From the NCBI RefSeq assembly GCF_009914755.1, contig NC_060928.1: 64,000 nt of DNA. The stretch is one strand, 5' to 3'. This DNA is from the human T2T-CHM13v2.0 reference genome, Homo sapiens. Below, one piece after another: positions 60,756 to 64,000 of this stretch. Under the pieces are notes generated by a model. It had not been told where the DNA came from and did not search any database. It was given only the letters and a program-made list of their open reading frames with translations. Position numbers and translations under genes: made by a program. Within the stretch, counting starts at the first letter, position 1; each line of letters begins with the position of its first letter.

Positions 60756-62635
60756 AAAAAAATCCTGAAAATCTCTCAGAAAACTTTGAGAGCTGAGAAA
60801 TGAATTTAGTAAAGTGGCACAATACAAAATCAACATGCACAAATCAGGTTCATTACTATGCATTTACTATAAACAATCCAAAAATGAGCTTAAAAATAAT
60901 TTTATTTAAAATAGTATAAAAAAGAATAAAATACTTAGAAGTAAACATATGAAAGCAAGTGAAAGGCCTGCACACTGAAAACTACAAAATGCTGCTGAAA
61001 GAAATTAAATAGGGCACTAAATTAATGCAAAGGTGTCCTGTATTTATGGATTGGAAGATGTCACTACTACCCAAATTAATCTATCTACAGAGTCAATGCA
61101 ATTCCTATCAAAATCTCAATGAGTTTTTTTTGTAGAAACAGAAAAATCCATCTTAAAACTCATACATAATCTCAAGGGACAATGGATTGTTAAAACAATT
61201 TTGAAACAGAACAAAATCATTTTCTGATTTCAAAAATTTACTACAAACATATAGTAACCAAAACAGTGTATTACAGTTATATAGAAGGACATACAGATCA
61301 ACAGAATATAATAGAGATCCCAGAAATAATCCTTATATAGGCAAATCACTTTTGACAAGGGTGTTCAGATTATTCATTAGGGAAAGGAGAGTCTTTTCAA
61401 TAAATAGTGTTTGGGAAAACCAGATCTTCATATGCAAAAAAAAAAAAAAGTTAGATCTTTACTTTACACCATATACCAAAGTTATTCCCAGATCGACAAA
61501 AGACATAAATGTAAATGCTGAAACTACAAAACTTTTTGAAGAAAACCTAGGGGAAAATAATTTCTTGGATATGACACAAAAAGCAGAGGCAACAAAGAAA
61601 AAATAGATAAGATGAACTTCATCAAAATTATAAACTTTTGTTCATCATGCATTAAATAATATTATCAACAGAGTGAAAAAGCAACCCATGGAATGAGAGA
61701 AAATATTTGCAAATTATCTATCTGATAAGAGATTAATACCCATCATCTAGAAAGAACTCCTACAAATTAACAACAACAAAACAAACAAACCAATTAAAAA
61801 CGGGCAAAAAACTTGAATAAGCACTTCTCCAAAGAAGATATACTAGTGGCCCCTAAGCATATGAAAAGTTGTTTAACATCACTAAGCATTAGGGAAATGA
61901 AAATCAAAAGAACAATGAAATACCACCTTGTATGCATTAAGATGACAATTATATTTTAAAAATAACAAATGTTTACAAGAATGTGGAGAGCTTGGAAGCT
62001 TTGTGAATTGCTTGTAGAAATATAAGAAGCAGTGCAACCACTGTGAAAAATAATATGGTTGTTTCTTAAAAAAATAAATCTAGAATTCCATTTGATCCAG
62101 CAACCGTATTTCTGGATATATATCAAAAAGAATTGAAAGCAGAAATGTGAACAGATATTTTTACACCAATGTTCCTAGCAGCATTATTCACAAAAACTAA
62201 AGGGTGGAAGCAACCCGAATTTCCATCAATAGATAAATGGCTAAACAGACTTTGATATACACATGAAGTGGAATATTATTCAGCTCTAAAAAGAAAAGAA
62301 ATTCTGACACACGCTAAAATGTGGATAAACCTGAAGACATTCTGTTAAGTGAAATAAGCCAGTCACAAAAGGATAAATACTGTATAATTTTACTTATATG
62401 AAGTACTTAGTCAAATTTATAGAGACAGAAAGCAAAATGTTGGTTGTCTGTGGTGGGAGAGGCATAAAGGGAGTTATTACTTAATGGGTATGGAGTTTCA
62501 ATTGGGGAAGATGAAAAAGTTTTGGAGGTACATAGTAGTGGTGGTTGTACAACAGTGTAAATGTGCTTAATGCCACTTAAAAATGGTTAAAATGGCAAAC
62601 TTTATGTTATGTAGTTTTTCCTCATTTAAAAAATG
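60756..62635 (+). mobile_element. L1MB (L1MB2-4-like) 3' part of the host element
   Basis: Resumes decayed ORF2 after the TSD; 3' end ttaatgggtatggagtttca...gaagatgaaaaagttttgga...aaaatggttaaaatgg. Confidence 0.88.
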
Positions 62636-63805
62636 AGTTTCATAAATGTACACATATCTAGAACCCATCTAATCCTTATTGAATGAGACTATCTGCAGTT
62701 AATCTTCATGGTTGGTTTTTCATGAAAGGTCCTCAGATTATTCTTTTGCAGTCATATTTGGAAATGTCTCCCATGGCATGTTGCTTATGAGAATTCCTCC
62801 ACCTCTGTTCCTCTGTGCATCCTTGCTTTAATGTAGCAATACATATGGAAGATGTAAAAAAAAAATGTAAATGTCCTAAGAGTAGAGCTAACTGGATTTC
62901 TCATGTTGTGCTTTCCTAGATTCTTTATTCTGTCTACGTACAGAACTTAGAATTACGTGGACTTTGTTGAGAGGAAAATTTAATTACCTTATGGATCTCA
63001 TTATAATATATTATGTATCATATTGCCTGCCTGTGGTTAGCTTTGAAGGACATTCTATTATATCATTTTTATGGTCCTGGGAAAGGGTGACACAAGTATG
63101 ATCAAAAACTACATTTATTCAAATATATCTATAATAAGCTTATGGTAAAAATTATATTTTTAACAATATGAAAACATTGAGATTTGCAAAAAAAAAAAAA
63201 AAAAAAAAAAAAAGTACTGCCTGGGGATTGGAAGCCCTGGGTGCCTCCTTTCACTCTATCACTACATAGGTATACAACCTCGGCAAACCACTCTTCTACG
63301 TATGGATATTCCCTATGCTCATTCATAAAGAATGGTTTGAAGCAGACGTGCAATGTTTTCTCTTTTATGGGTCCTTTCCATCTGTACAGTTAATCTTGTG
63401 ACAACTGTGACTACTTCTCAGCCTTGCTGCAAACTTCTTCTTCTGAGTTTTGTGCAAACCCTGTGAGCAAAATGCTTTCCCAGCCTTTTCCATGACACTT
63501 CCATTCATGTTGGTTGAAATCTCTTTTTCTTTCTTTCTCTGTGTGTGTGTCATATAATATCATCTCACCATAAACTCTCCATTAAAGATTGCTCCTTTTC
63601 CCATATGTGCTGATCTGCTATGATTCACATGGTCAGTCCTGCATACATGCTTGTTTGATTGCTTAGGCAGTGGCCACAAGCAGGTGGCTCTTGGGCCAAA
63701 GATAACATGATGTATTTTCTTGTCTGTGGGTTGTTGGCTTCCAAAGTCATGGAAAACATCATGTTTTAATGTGAATTACTGTCCAACATCAATATGTTGG
63801 GAAGC

Positions 63806-63875
63806 TTTCATTTAAAAAGAATTTCCAGCTTCTCTTTAAATTTCATTTAAAAAGAATTTCCAGCTCCTCTTTAAA
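63806..63875. repeat. 35-bp tandem duplication (1 mismatch)
   Basis: tttcatttaaaaagaatttccagct(t/c)ctctttaaa twice. Confidence 0.92.
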
Positions 63876-64000
63876 TTTGGGAGCCTGCTGAGAGAGCATC
63901 CATATTTTTATGTAGTGAAAACTGCTTGAGACTTGTAGTAGCCGTCCTCTTAAGTGAAGTGTTACGTCATCCACCTCACCATAATTTTCACTATTTCCTC

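Noticed and set aside
63129-63393. Protein-like ORFs next to a poly(A) run, as a possible processed pseudogene
   Set aside because: No recognisable parent protein and no TSD found; the sequence looks like a decayed MIR beside an A-tract.

Overview
AT-rich, gene-poor primate (probably human or great ape) genomic DNA. No host protein-coding gene, RNA gene or CRISPR array can be supported, and essentially all ORFs in the track derive from transposons or low-complexity DNA. The window holds four L1 insertions of different ages plus an old L1MB host, two independent LTR12 (ERV9) solo LTRs 350 bp apart, about 10 Alu/FLAM elements, old MaLR/ERV LTRs, DNA transposons (Tigger2a, MER58A, MER20), MIR/L2 relics and simple repeats. 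The most notable structures are: an L1PA5-like insertion with a 115-bp 3' transduction; the tandem LTR12 enhancer/promoter pair with candidate downstream + strand exons; a tail-less AluY inside a perfect 17-bp TSD; an old L1MA reduced to a 5' end joined to a 3' end (possibly spliced); and a twin-primed, 5'-inverted L1PA6-like element nested in an L1MB. I find no evidence of a wholly new biological system. Subfamily names come from recalled consensus sequences and need RepeatMasker/Dfam confirmation.
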